From an uncultured Flavobacteriales bacterium (lineage in GTDB: Bacteria; Bacteroidota; Bacteroidia; Flavobacteriales; BACL11): a stretch of DNA of 64,000 nucleotides. A program made the position numbers and the translations under genes. Positions 47,842 to 57,940 of the stretch are shown one piece after another. The notes beneath the pieces were generated by a model. It had not been told where the DNA came from, made no database searches, and was given only the letters and a program-made list of their open reading frames with translations. Within the stretch, counting starts at the first letter, position 1. Every line of letters starts with the position of its first letter. The DNA is taken from contig CAXFOB010000039.1 of NCBI GenBank assembly GCA_964004625.1, positions 12,727 through 76,726 of the forward strand, in the 5' to 3' direction.

Positions 47842-49521
47842 ATGGAGGTAAAGTGGAACATACAACAATCTAATCAAAATCTTGTAAAGGAACTTACTGA
47901 GGAGTTAGGGGTAAATAAGATTGTAGCGCATTTACTAGTATTAAGAGGGGTGTCTAGTTTTGATGAAGCTAAAAAGTTTTTCAGACCACAAATTTCAGAT
48001 TTACACGATCCATTCTTGTTAAAAGGGATGGATAAAGCGGTAGAAAGAATTGAACTTGCATTAAAAAGAGGAGAAAAGATTCTAGTGTATGGAGATTATG
48101 ATGTTGACGGCACTACTTCTGTTGCTATGATGTATAGTTATTTAAATAGGTTTACAGATAAAATTGGATATTATATACCAGATAGATATGGTGAAGGTTA
48201 TGGAGTTTCTTTTAAGGGGATAGACTATGCTCAGATGGAAGAATATACGCTAATTATTGCTTTAGATTGTGGAATTAGAGCTGTAAAACAAGTAGAGTAC
48301 GCTTCTAATAAAGATATAGATTTTATTATTTGTGACCATCATACTCCTGGAGTAAATACGCCAAGGGCGGTATCCGTTTTAAATCCAAAGCAAAAAGATT
48401 GCAATTATCCGTATAAAGAATTATCCGGATGTGGAGTAGGCTTTAAATTGATTCAGGCTATTAGTGAAAAAAGAAATATTGACTTTAATGAAATTGGGGA
48501 ATATTTAGATTTATTAGCGGTAAGTATTGGAGCAGATATCGTAGAAATGACGGGAGAGAATAGAGTTCTGGCTTTTTATGGAATGAGAGTAATCAATCAA
48601 TCTCCAAGAATGGGGCTTAAAGCATTGATAGAGAAAAGTGGTAAATCTGGGGAGCTTTCTATTTCAGATGTAGTATTTGGTATAGCTCCAAGAATAAATG
48701 CTGCTGGTAGAATAGAGCATGGTAAAAGAGCTGTAGAAATACTAATAGAGAAAGATAGTGAAAAAGCTAAAGAGTTGGCAGAAGGAATTGAAACTCATAA
48801 TAAAGAACGAAAGGATTTAGACCAAAGTATCACTAAAGAAGCATTACAGATGATTGATGAAAACAAAAAATCAACTGTTGTGTATAGTTCTGATTGGCAT
48901 AAAGGAGTCGTAGGTATTGTTGCTTCGAGATTAATAGAGAAATATTACAAACCAACAATTGTATTATCCGAAAAAGACGGAGAGTTAACAGGTTCAGCAA
49001 GATCTGTAAAAGGCTTTGATTTGTATGAGGCACTTTTAAAATGTGAGCATTTATTAGAAAAATTTGGAGGACATAAATATGCGGCAGGGCTAACAGTAAA
49101 AAAACAAAATTTAAAGTCCTTTATTTTAGAGTTTGAAAAAGTAGTTTCTGAAACTATTACCAAAGAACAACTTGTAGCAGAAATTGAAGTTGATTTAGAA
49201 ATTGACATAGATGAGGTTACTCCAAAACTTTATAGAATAATAAAACAATTTGCTCCATTTGGTCCTAAAAACAGGACTCCAAATTTTGTAAGTAGAAATG
49301 TAACAGATACAGGAAAAGGGAAAAGAGTAGGAGAGGACAAATCTCATTTAAGATTAGTATTGAACACCTCTAAAAATCCTATTACTTCTATTGGGTTCAG
49401 AATGGGTGAAGAATTTGAAAAAACAAATGGTGACAAGGAGTTTGATATTTGTTATTCAGTTGATGAAAATTATTGGAATGGGACCACTTCATTACAATTA
49501 AGATTAAAAGGGATCAAGTAA
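47842..49521 (+). CDS. recJ: single-stranded-DNA-specific exonuclease RecJ
   Basis: 559 aa. DHH motifs VYGDYDVDGTTS, ALDCG and ICDHHTP, plus DHHA1 GGHKYAAG. Confidence 0.93.
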   Translation: MEVKWNIQQSNQNLVKELTEELGVNKIVAHLLVLRGVSSFDEAKKFFRPQISDLHDPFLLKGMDKAVERIELALKRGEKILVYGDYDVDGTTSVAMMYSYLNRFTDKIGYYIPDRYGEGYGVSFKGIDYAQMEEYTLIIALDCGIRAVKQVEYASNKDIDFIICDHHTPGVNTPRAVSVLNPKQKDCNYPYKELSGCGVGFKLIQAISEKRNIDFNEIGEYLDLLAVSIGADIVEMTGENRVLAFYGMRVINQSPRMGLKALIEKSGKSGELSISDVVFGIAPRINAAGRIEHGKRAVEILIEKDSEKAKELAEGIETHNKERKDLDQSITKEALQMIDENKKSTVVYSSDWHKGVVGIVASRLIEKYYKPTIVLSEKDGELTGSARSVKGFDLYEALLKCEHLLEKFGGHKYAAGLTVKKQNLKSFILEFEKVVSETITKEQLVAEIEVDLEIDIDEVTPKLYRIIKQFAPFGPKNRTPNFVSRNVTDTGKGKRVGEDKSHLRLVLNTSKNPITSIGFRMGEEFEKTNGDKEFDICYSVDENYWNGTTSLQLRLKGIK

Positions 49522-51429
49522 TTAATTAAAGTTTCTTCCTAATAATTTATTTATTATTACAAGACCTTTATTTAGTTTTGTTAATTTAGTAATGAGCTGA
49601 ATAGAAGGGTCCTCTTCTGTTTTTATTAAATCATTTATTTTCTCAATCTCACTTTTTATAAAAGCTTGTTTTAAACTCAAGATTGATTTTTCGATAGTAA
49701 GTTCTAAGTTTTTAGTCTCATCTCCAGTAAATATTTGATGTAAATCTTCCCATTTTCTACTGATTTCATGTTTTTTACTTACAAAGGAAATCGCTAGTTG
49801 TTGTATTTCTGAATTTTCATGTTGCAGAAAATGATTTATTTTAAGACCTTTTTCCTCAGAATCTAATTGAAAATATTCCTTGTAAATATTTTGATAAAAG
49901 ACATTCGAAAAAGTTATGCTGTCCTGATGAAGTTCATCAAAAATATATTCACTAACTTTTATTTTTTCCTCCTCAAATTCAAGTATTTCGTTACCATAAT
50001 TAAATAATAATCGGAGAATTTCTTTTTCACATTCTTCAAGTAAACTAATCTTTATTGTGGATGTTTTTATTTGCTCCTCTAACTTACTTTGATTGTTGGT
50101 GAAATTACTTTTTGTAAATTGTTTTTTCATGCCTTGTAAGAAAATAGAGACTTCTCGTAATAAATCTTCTTCAGAAATATCTAATAAAGAACTGCTAATC
50201 TTACAATATTCTGAACGTAATAATCTGTCTGGAATAATAGAAATAGAACGAGCAATATCTTTAATATCTTCTACTCTTTTTGCGGGATTATTTTGACTAT
50301 TTTTGTTTAATAATTCTGTTTTGTATTGAATAAAATCCTTCTCATTATGAGATAGGTAATTAAGATATTCTTCTTGACTTAATTTTTTAGAGTAAGAGTC
50401 TGGGTCTTCTCCATCCGGGAACATTACAATCTTAACATTCATCCCTTCTTTTAGGATTAAATCAATACTTTTAAAGGAAGCTCTAAGTCCAGCTTCATCC
50501 CCATCAAAAAGTAGTGTAATATTTTTTGTAAGTCTTCCGATTAAATTTATTTGGTCTGTACTTAAAGCTGTTCCAGATGCAGACACAACATTCTCTATTC
50601 CAGCTTGATGCATAGATACAACATCTGTATATCCTTCTACAATAAAACAATTGTTCTTTTTACCAATTTCTGACTTTGCAAAATATAAACCATATAATAC
50701 TTTACTCTTATGATATATAGGGTTTTCAGGAGAATTTAGATACTTGGCTTTGTTCTTAGGGTCTAGTGCTCTTCCTCCAAATCCTAAAACTTTTCCAGAA
50801 TAATTATGGATAGGAAAAATAACCCTTTCTCTAAATCTGTCAGCAGAACTTTTTTCATTAATAAACGATAATCCAGATTCTTCTAAAAACTCTTTTTGAT
50901 AAGACTTTTTTAGAGCTTGTTTGGTTAATGCGTCTTTTTGTTTCGGACTATATCCTAATTGAAATTTCTTGATTATGTCTTCCGAAAATCCTCTTTGTTT
51001 AAAATAGCTTTGAGCTATCAATTTTCCTTCTTCTGTATTCCAAAGTTGGTCCTGAAAAAATGAATTTGCAAAAGAACTTATTAAATACACTCCATCTCTT
51101 TTATTTTCTCTGTCTATCTGATCAGGAGTAAGTTCTCTCTCCTCAATTTCAATATTGTATTTTGATGCAAGTTCTTTTAAGGCTTCAGGATAAGATAATC
51201 CTCCAATTTCCATTACAAAATTTACAGCATTTCCTCCTTTTCCACATCCAAAACATTTGTATATTCCTTTGGTTGGAGAAACTGAAAAGGAAGGGGTTTT
51301 TTCGTTATGAAAAGGGCAGCATGCCCAATAATTAGTTCCTTTCTTTTTTAAATCAGGTAAGTAAGATCCTACAACCTCCTCTATAACAGAACTTTCAAAT
51401 ATTTGATCAATAGTTTTTTTTGGGATCAT
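49522..51429 (-). CDS. dnaG: DNA primase
   Basis: 635 aa. Zinc finger CPFHNEKTPSFSVSP..G.YKCFGCGKGGN and TOPRIM block EGYTDV...LFDGDEAG. Confidence 0.95.
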   Translation of the reverse strand: MIPKKTIDQIFESSVIEEVVGSYLPDLKKKGTNYWACCPFHNEKTPSFSVSPTKGIYKCFGCGKGGNAVNFVMEIGGLSYPEALKELASKYNIEIEERELTPDQIDRENKRDGVYLISSFANSFFQDQLWNTEEGKLIAQSYFKQRGFSEDIIKKFQLGYSPKQKDALTKQALKKSYQKEFLEESGLSFINEKSSADRFRERVIFPIHNYSGKVLGFGGRALDPKNKAKYLNSPENPIYHKSKVLYGLYFAKSEIGKKNNCFIVEGYTDVVSMHQAGIENVVSASGTALSTDQINLIGRLTKNITLLFDGDEAGLRASFKSIDLILKEGMNVKIVMFPDGEDPDSYSKKLSQEEYLNYLSHNEKDFIQYKTELLNKNSQNNPAKRVEDIKDIARSISIIPDRLLRSEYCKISSSLLDISEEDLLREVSIFLQGMKKQFTKSNFTNNQSKLEEQIKTSTIKISLLEECEKEILRLLFNYGNEILEFEEEKIKVSEYIFDELHQDSITFSNVFYQNIYKEYFQLDSEEKGLKINHFLQHENSEIQQLAISFVSKKHEISRKWEDLHQIFTGDETKNLELTIEKSILSLKQAFIKSEIEKINDLIKTEEDPSIQLITKLTKLNKGLVIINKLLGRNFN

Positions 51430-52400
51430 CTTTTTCTATTTATTACGTAATCTACTAACTTTTCTAACGATTTTTTACTCTTATTTTCCGGGAATTCGGA
51501 TAAGATATCTAATGCCTCCTTTTGATATTCAATCATTACTTTTTCAGCATATTCTAATCCGCCATTCTGCTTAACTAAATTAATTAACTCAGCGACTTTT
51601 TTATCGTTTTTATAGTGGTTTTTCACTGTATTTATAATATTATTTCTTGTTCTAGCATCTACCTTATTTAAGGTGTAAATAAGTGGTAAAGTCATCTTTT
51701 GTTCTCTTATATCTATTCCGGTTGGCTTCCCAATAAATGTGCTTTGAGTATAATCAAACAAGTCATCTTTTATCTGAAATGCAATACCTACTTTCTCTCC
51801 GAACAAACTTAATTTTTCAACCATACCCTTCTCTATATTCATAGAACTCCCTCCGCAAGCACAACAGCTAGATATGAGTACTGCTGTTTTTTTTCTAATA
51901 ATTTCAAAATAAATTGATTCTTTAATATCTAGTTTTCGAGCCTTTTCAATTTGTAGAAGCTCTCCCTCACTCATGTCTTTTACTGCAGAACTCACAATTT
52001 TTAACAAATCAAAATCTTCATTTTCTACCGAAAGCAACAATCCTTTAGAAAGTAAGAAATCTCCTACTAAAACTGCAATTTTATTCTTCCAAAGTGCATT
52101 TATCGAAAAAAATCCTCTTCTTAAATTTGCTTCATCTACTACATCATCATGTACTAAAGTTGCAGTATGTAAAAGTTCAATTAAGGAAGCTGCTCTATAA
52201 CTTTTATTGTTGATTTGCCCAAACATTTTTGCAGTCAGAAATACAAACATTGGTCTCATTTGTTTTCCTTTTCTTTTAATAATATAATGCATTATTCTAT
52301 CTAAAAGAGGAACTTTGCTTTGTAAAGAATTTTTAAATTTCTTTTCAAAAAGAATCATCTCTTGTTTAATAGGATGTTTTATTTCGGAAATTATACTCAC
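51426..52400 (-). CDS. polyprenyl diphosphate synthase (IspB-like)
   Basis: 324 aa. First and second aspartate-rich motifs LVHDDVVDEANLRRG and FQIKDDLFDY. GTG start. Confidence 0.88.
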   Translation of the reverse strand: MSIISEIKHPIKQEMILFEKKFKNSLQSKVPLLDRIMHYIIKRKGKQMRPMFVFLTAKMFGQINNKSYRAASLIELLHTATLVHDDVVDEANLRRGFFSINALWKNKIAVLVGDFLLSKGLLLSVENEDFDLLKIVSSAVKDMSEGELLQIEKARKLDIKESIYFEIIRKKTAVLISSCCACGGSSMNIEKGMVEKLSLFGEKVGIAFQIKDDLFDYTQSTFIGKPTGIDIREQKMTLPLIYTLNKVDARTRNNIINTVKNHYKNDKKVAELINLVKQNGGLEYAEKVMIEYQKEALDILSEFPENKSKKSLEKLVDYVINRKR

Positions 52401-52480
52401 TTATTTTTTGTTAAATAGACTAAGCGAATATACAAAGATTTAATCCTGAATTTCTGTGAAAAATGAAATTGTTAAAAAAT

Positions 52481-53515
52481 TTACTGAAGTTTATTTACCA
52501 ATTGACCACATGCAGCATCAATATCTTTTCCTTTACTTCTTCTTAGGTTTACAATAATATTTCTATGCTCTAAAAATTGAATAAACTCTTCTGTGTTTTC
52601 ATTTGTTGATTTTTCAAAATCTAAACCTTCAACAGAATTGTATTCAATAAGATTTACTTTACAGGGAGATATTCTACAAAATGAAGCAAGTCTTCTTGCT
52701 GCATCTAAATCATCATTTACACCTTTAAATAAAATGTATTCGTAAGTGACCCTATTATTTGTTTGTTCATAAAAATAACGAATAGATTTCTTCAAAGAAT
52801 CTAGATTAATAGAGTCATTAATGGGCATTAATTCTGACCTAACTTCATCAATAGCGGAGTGTAATGAAATAGCCAAATTAAATTTCACTTTATCATCTGC
52901 AAGCTTCATTATTTGTTTTGATAATCCTGCAGTAGACACAGTTATTCTTTTGGGAGAAATCCCCATTCCTTTTACAGAAATAATTTTTTCAATTGCTTTT
53001 AATAGGCTATTATAATTAAGTAATGGTTCTCCCATACCCATAAAAACAATATTTGTTAAAGGTCTTCCGTGATTCTTCACAGATTCTTGATTGAGTTTAA
53101 ATACTTGATCAAATATTTCTCCATGAGTTAGATTTCTACTTAGTTTTAATGTACCCGTTGCGCAAAATGTACATGCCAAACTACATCCTATTTGTGAAGA
53201 AACACATGCTGTAACCCTTTTTCTGGATGGAATCAAAACACCTTCAATTAATTTGTCATCATGAAGTTTAAGACTGTATTTTATTGTCCCATCAGAAGAA
53301 GTAAATTCTTTATCTATTACAGCAGCTTTTAAGTCAAATGAATTTTTTAATAACTCTCGTAATTCTTTTGATAGAGAGGTCATCTGGTCAAAAGAATTCG
53401 CTCCTTTTTTCCATAACCATTCCTGTAACTGTTTTAACCTAAACTTTTGTAAGTTATTATCAGAGAAAAATTGTTCTAATTCTTCTTGAGAAATATTTCT
53501 AATATCTTTCTTCAT
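52481..53515 (-). CDS. rlmN: 23S rRNA (adenine2503-C2)-methyltransferase, radical SAM
   Basis: 344 aa. Radical-SAM cluster motif CSLACTFCATG, MGMGEPLLNY and a C-terminal DIDAACGQL. Confidence 0.95.
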   Translation of the reverse strand: MKKDIRNISQEELEQFFSDNNLQKFRLKQLQEWLWKKGANSFDQMTSLSKELRELLKNSFDLKAAVIDKEFTSSDGTIKYSLKLHDDKLIEGVLIPSRKRVTACVSSQIGCSLACTFCATGTLKLSRNLTHGEIFDQVFKLNQESVKNHGRPLTNIVFMGMGEPLLNYNSLLKAIEKIISVKGMGISPKRITVSTAGLSKQIMKLADDKVKFNLAISLHSAIDEVRSELMPINDSINLDSLKKSIRYFYEQTNNRVTYEYILFKGVNDDLDAARRLASFCRISPCKVNLIEYNSVEGLDFEKSTNENTEEFIQFLEHRNIIVNLRRSKGKDIDAACGQLVNKLQ

Positions 53516-53523
53516 ATTTGCGA

Positions 53524-53531
53524 CAAAGATA
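53524..53531 (-). promoter_or_regulatory. -7 box TAtcTTTG (minus strand), 8 nt upstream of the rlmN ATG
   Basis: The plus strand reads CAAAGATA. The minus strand reads TATCTTTG-TCGCAAAT-ATG. Confidence 0.4.
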
Positions 53532-53546
53532 GTAATTCAATTTCCT

Positions 53547-53554
53547 TACTTTTG
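53547..53554 (+). promoter_or_regulatory. -7 box TActTTTG, 4 nt upstream of the amidohydrolase ATG
   Basis: The plus strand reads TACTTTTG-TAAG-ATG. Confidence 0.45.
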
Positions 53555-53558
53555 TAAG

Positions 53559-54671
53559 ATGAGATATTTATCTGCAAATTATATATTCCCCTTGCATATA
53601 AATCCAATCAAAGAAGGGGTAGTCCAAATATCTGAAAAAGGAGAAATAGTTAATATTTTTGAGAGCAGAACAAAAGCTCCTAAACAGAAACTAGAAATAT
53701 TTGAGGGTGTTTTGTGCCCTGGTTTTGTAAATGTACATTGTCATTTAGAACTCTCACATCTAAAAGGGCTTCTCCTACAGAAAACAGGACTAGTTGATTT
53801 TATTTCTAAAGTACCAGAGAAAAGAAATCTAGAAATAGATGATATAAAAAGAGCAATAATAGATGCAGATTCTACAATGCAAAAAAATGGTATAGTTGCT
53901 GTCGGAGACATATCTAATACCAACCACTCATTTTTTATAAAAGAAGAAAGTAAAATAGTGTACCATACATTTGTGGAATTGTTCTCTGTAAATAAGGATA
54001 AAGCAGAAATAGTTTTTAATAAAGGAATGGATTTATTAAACAATTGCCCTAATCCCAGATCGATAACTCCTCACGCTACTTATTCGGTTTCAGAAAAATT
54101 ATTTTCATTATTAAAAGAAAAGAATAATGGAGAAATCGTTTGTATTCATAATCAGGAAACTAAATCTGAAGATGAATTATTTAGAAATGGAAGTGGAGAG
54201 TTGTATGAGTTTATAAAACAATTTGGAGATCTAAATCAAACTGGAATTTCAGCACTGCAAACGTCTTTATTGCAAATGTCAAAACAATCTAAAATAATTT
54301 TAGTTCATAATACATTTACTTCTAAAAAAGATGTAAAATGGACAAAAGAAAATAATTATGATACTTATTGGTGCACTTGTCCTAAAGCGAATTTATATAT
54401 TGAAAATAGTTTGCCAGATTACTCTATTTTTGATACAGATACACTTTGTGTTGGGACGGATAGTTTGGCTTCTAATAATTCTCTTTCTATTTTAGAGGAG
54501 TTGAAAGTCCTAAAAGAGAATTCAGATTTTGATTTGAATACTCTCTTAAAAATTGCATGTAAAAATGGAGCAGAAGCTTTAGGTTTTGAAAATTTAGGAA
54601 CTTTTGAAAAAGGAAAAATTCCTGGATTGAATTTGATAAATAATTTAGATTCTGTTAGTGTTATTGCATAA
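53559..54671 (+). CDS. amidohydrolase family protein (metal-dependent hydrolase)
   Basis: 370 aa. N-terminal metal-binding HxH (PGFVNVHCHLELSH) and a late GTDS aspartate motif. Confidence 0.7.
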   Translation: MRYLSANYIFPLHINPIKEGVVQISEKGEIVNIFESRTKAPKQKLEIFEGVLCPGFVNVHCHLELSHLKGLLLQKTGLVDFISKVPEKRNLEIDDIKRAIIDADSTMQKNGIVAVGDISNTNHSFFIKEESKIVYHTFVELFSVNKDKAEIVFNKGMDLLNNCPNPRSITPHATYSVSEKLFSLLKEKNNGEIVCIHNQETKSEDELFRNGSGELYEFIKQFGDLNQTGISALQTSLLQMSKQSKIILVHNTFTSKKDVKWTKENNYDTYWCTCPKANLYIENSLPDYSIFDTDTLCVGTDSLASNNSLSILEELKVLKENSDFDLNTLLKIACKNGAEALGFENLGTFEKGKIPGLNLINNLDSVSVIA

Positions 54672-55314
54672 AAATATAGGCAATTTTTAAATCTTCTTCA
54701 GTTGTAATTTTAAGATTTTTTTCTTCACCTATTAAAGAATTTATTTTTCCTCTATACGCCTCAAATACAGAGGCATCATCTGTTAACTCTTCAGAGTATT
54801 TTTGAGAATATGCTTCCTTTATATCTGAACTTAAAAAGCATTGAGGAGTCTGAACTTTAAATAAATTAGATCTGTTTACGTGTGTAGATGTATCTCCGTC
54901 AACTTTACGAATAGAATCGGTTACAGGAATAATAGGGAGCACTCCAATTCCTTCTTTAACTTCTTTCACTAAAGAGTTTATTAAATTTTCAGAAACAAGA
55001 GGCCTAACCCCATCATGTATCGCTACTATTGATTGGTGGTCTATCTCATCTAATCCATTTCTTACAGACTGAAATCGAGTTGATCCTCCTTCAGTAATTT
55101 TATGTGGAATGGTAAAGTTATATTTCTCACATATCTCATTCCATAGTTTAGTCTGTTCTTTTGGAAGTACTAAAATTACATCATCAAAATTAATAAACTT
55201 CTCAATAGTATGAATTAAAATTGGCTTGTCGTGTAGTAGCAAAAACTGTTTAGGAATTTCAGAATTCATTCTGAGCCCTTTTCCTCCAGCAACAATAATA
55301 GCTACTTTTTTCAT
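54661..55314 (-). CDS. ispD: 2-C-methyl-D-erythritol 4-phosphate cytidylyltransferase
   Basis: 217 aa. IIVAGGKGLRM...PKQF and VAIHDGVRP. Confidence 0.9.
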   Translation of the reverse strand: MKKVAIIVAGGKGLRMNSEIPKQFLLLHDKPILIHTIEKFINFDDVILVLPKEQTKLWNEICEKYNFTIPHKITEGGSTRFQSVRNGLDEIDHQSIVAIHDGVRPLVSENLINSLVKEVKEGIGVLPIIPVTDSIRKVDGDTSTHVNRSNLFKVQTPQCFLSSDIKEAYSQKYSEELTDDASVFEAYRGKINSLIGEEKNLKITTEEDLKIAYIFMQ

Positions 55315-55316
55315 TT

Positions 55317-56375
55317 TTAAGGTAAAATTAACATCGCGTCTCCAAAAGTATGGAACTTGTATTTTTTCTTCACAGCTTCTTTATAGGCTTTCATTACAAA
55401 ATCATACCCTCCAAAAGAAGCAACATGCATCATAAGAGTAGATTTTGGTAGATGAAAATTTGAAATCATACAGTTTGCTACTTGAAAATTGTAAGGAGGA
55501 AAAATAAATTTATTTGTCCATCCCTTAAAAGGAATTACCATGTTATTTGTTGTATTAGAACTTTCGATAACCCGGTTTACTGTTGTCCCAACCGCACATA
55601 TTTTCTTCTCTTTTTCTTTAGCTTTGTTTATAATACCAGCATCTTTTTCAGATATATTAATTTCTTCCGAATCCATTTTATGTTTAGACAAATCTTCTAC
55701 TTCGATAGATCGGAAAGTTCCTAAACCAACATGAAGAGTTACTTCAGCAAGATTCATGCCTTTTATTTCCATTCTTTTCATCAATTGCTTACTAAAATGA
55801 AGTCCAGCAGTTGGAGCTGCAACAGACCCGCTCTCTTTTGCAAAAATTGTTTGATATCTTTCATCATCCTTTTCAGTAGGCTCTCTTTTTATAAACTTTG
55901 GTAGTGGAGTTTGACCTAAAAAATCTAATGTCTCTTGAAATTCGTCATGTGTTCCGTCAAATAGAAATCTTAGAGTCCTTCCTCTAGAAGTAGTATTGTC
56001 AATAACTTCAGCAATTAATTCGTCATTTTCACCAAAATATAATTTGTTCCCAATTCGGATTTTACGAGCAGGGTCAACCAACACATCCCAAAGTCTATTA
56101 TCTCTATTTAACTCTCTGAGTAAAAACACCTCTATCCTTGCTCCTGTTTTTTCTTTATTCCCATACATTCTAGCAGGAAATACTTTAGTATTATTAAAAA
56201 CCATCACATCTTCTTCATCAAAATAATCTATAAGGTTTTTAAATAATTTATGTTCAATTTCTCCTGTACTTTTATGTAAAACCATTAATTTAGATTCGTC
56301 TCTTTGTTCGTTTGGAGATTGGGGTATTAACTTTTGTGGCACGTCAAATTGGAAGTGTGATAATTTAAATCTCAT
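55317..56375 (-). CDS. queA: S-adenosylmethionine:tRNA ribosyltransferase-isomerase
   Basis: 352 aa. Start F.FD.P..LI.Q.P...[16 protein letters not shown] and C-terminal [10 protein letters not shown]. Confidence 0.95.
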   Translation of the reverse strand: MRFKLSHFQFDVPQKLIPQSPNEQRDESKLMVLHKSTGEIEHKLFKNLIDYFDEEDVMVFNNTKVFPARMYGNKEKTGARIEVFLLRELNRDNRLWDVLVDPARKIRIGNKLYFGENDELIAEVIDNTTSRGRTLRFLFDGTHDEFQETLDFLGQTPLPKFIKREPTEKDDERYQTIFAKESGSVAAPTAGLHFSKQLMKRMEIKGMNLAEVTLHVGLGTFRSIEVEDLSKHKMDSEEINISEKDAGIINKAKEKEKKICAVGTTVNRVIESSNTTNNMVIPFKGWTNKFIFPPYNFQVANCMISNFHLPKSTLMMHVASFGGYDFVMKAYKEAVKKKYKFHTFGDAMLILP

Positions 56376-56397
56376 ATACTTTTTTTAAAATAGTTTG

Positions 56398-56405
56398 CAA
56401 ATATA
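56398..56405 (-). promoter_or_regulatory. -7 box TAtaTTTG (minus strand), 22 nt upstream of queA
   Basis: The plus strand reads CAAATATA. Confidence 0.4.
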
Positions 56406-56436
56406 CATTCTGAAAAAGCGGAAGTCAAGTAAAAAG

Positions 56437-57150
56437 CTATTTAAGAATATCTGCCCGGAAGGATTCTATAGAATAAGCCTCTTTTAAATCAAACTCTCCA
56501 ATTTTCTCTCTTCTTAATGAGGAAAGATGAGCCCCACTTTTTAGAGCCAAACCAAAGTCAAAAGCAAGAGACCTAATATATGTTCCTTTACTACAAACAA
56601 CACTAAATTGTATTTTAGGCATACTAATGTTTGTAATCTTAAATTTTTCTATTTCAACTTCTCTAGGTTTTATTTCTATAATACTTCCCTCTCTTGCATG
56701 TTGATACAATCTTTTCCCCTCTCTTTTTAAAGCTGAAAAAATAGGAGGTTTCTGCATAATTTGACCTTCAAAAATTTTACAAGTTGAATGTAATAACTCA
56801 TCAGTAATATGTGATGTTTTAAAAGTCATATCTACCTCTGTTTCCTTGTCGTAGGAAGGGGTAGTTTCTCCTAAAGTTATTTCTCCGGTATACACTTTTT
56901 TTTCTGCCTGTATTTCATCAATTTTTTTTGTGAATTTGCCTGTGCAAATAATTAATAACCCATCTGCTAATGGGTCTAAAGTTCCGGCATGACCCACTTT
57001 AATTTTTTTGATTTTTTTAGCAGACTTAACAATGTTTCTAACTTTTTTAACAACATCAAAGGAAGACCAAGTTATTGGTTTGTTAAAAAGTAAAACCGTG
57101 CCGTCTAAGAAATTTGTCTCTGAGGAAATAGCAACATTCGGTTTAAGCAT
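56437..57150 (-). CDS. truB: tRNA pseudouridine(55) synthase
   Basis: Catalytic motif GHAGTLDPLADGLL. I prefer ATG at 57150 (MLKPN...; 8-nt overlap with the uppP stop) over the track's GTG at 57180. Confidence 0.9.
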   Translation of the reverse strand: MLKPNVAISSETNFLDGTVLLFNKPITWSSFDVVKKVRNIVKSAKKIKKIKVGHAGTLDPLADGLLIICTGKFTKKIDEIQAEKKVYTGEITLGETTPSYDKETEVDMTFKTSHITDELLHSTCKIFEGQIMQKPPIFSALKREGKRLYQHAREGSIIEIKPREVEIEKFKITNISMPKIQFSVVCSKGTYIRSLAFDFGLALKSGAHLSSLRREKIGEFDLKEAYSIESFRADILK

Positions 57151-57937
57151 ATATATTAGAGTATAAAATAATGGAAACACCTACGAATACACAGTAAAAT
57201 GAAAAATATTTCAATTTACTATTTTTAACTATTTTAATCATCAATTTACAAGCCATAATACCAATCATAAATGCAGAAATAAAGCCAAAAAGTAAAGGTA
57301 AACTTTCGTTAGAGGTAAGGCATAAATCTGCTGAAAATATATCCTTAAACATCTTCCCTAAAATTAGAGGAACAACCATTAAAAACGAAAATCGGGCTGA
57401 TTTTTCTTTGTCAACTCCTAACAAAACAGAAGTAGAAATAGTTGCTCCCGATCTGGAAATACCAGGGAGGATAGCAATAGCTTGAGAAATTCCAATTATA
57501 ATTGAATGAAAGAAGCTAACTTGCTTATCTGTAGATTTTGATTTGTCAGCAAAATATAATAACAGAGCAGTAATTATAAGCATTGTTCCAACAAATGATA
57601 AATTACAATCAAAGAAGGATTCTATCGTTTCTTCCCAAACTAAGCCCATTATAACTGCTGGAATCATAGATAATATGATTTTTAAAGAAAAATAGACATC
57701 ACTTTTTTCACCAGAGAATAGACCTTTAATTATCTTTACAATATCTTCCCAGAAAATATAAATTGTACTCAAGGCAGTTGCTGCGTGCAAAACAACAGTC
57801 ATCAACATACTTTGTTTACCTATGTTTTCATCAGACAATATACATTTTACAATTTCAAGATGACCACTACTACTTACAGGTAAGAATTCTGTGAGACCCT
57901 GTACTATTCCAAGAATAATTGCATGAAGAATCTCCAT
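57143..57937 (-). CDS. uppP: undecaprenyl-diphosphate phosphatase
   Basis: 264 aa. N-terminus GIVQGLTEFLPVSSSGHL and PGISRSG. Confidence 0.93.
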   Translation of the reverse strand: MEILHAIILGIVQGLTEFLPVSSSGHLEIVKCILSDENIGKQSMLMTVVLHAATALSTIYIFWEDIVKIIKGLFSGEKSDVYFSLKIILSMIPAVIMGLVWEETIESFFDCNLSFVGTMLIITALLLYFADKSKSTDKQVSFFHSIIIGISQAIAILPGISRSGATISTSVLLGVDKEKSARFSFLMVVPLILGKMFKDIFSADLCLTSNESLPLLFGFISAFMIGIMACKLMIKIVKNSKLKYFSFYCVFVGVSIILYSNIYA

Positions 57938-57940
57938 TAA

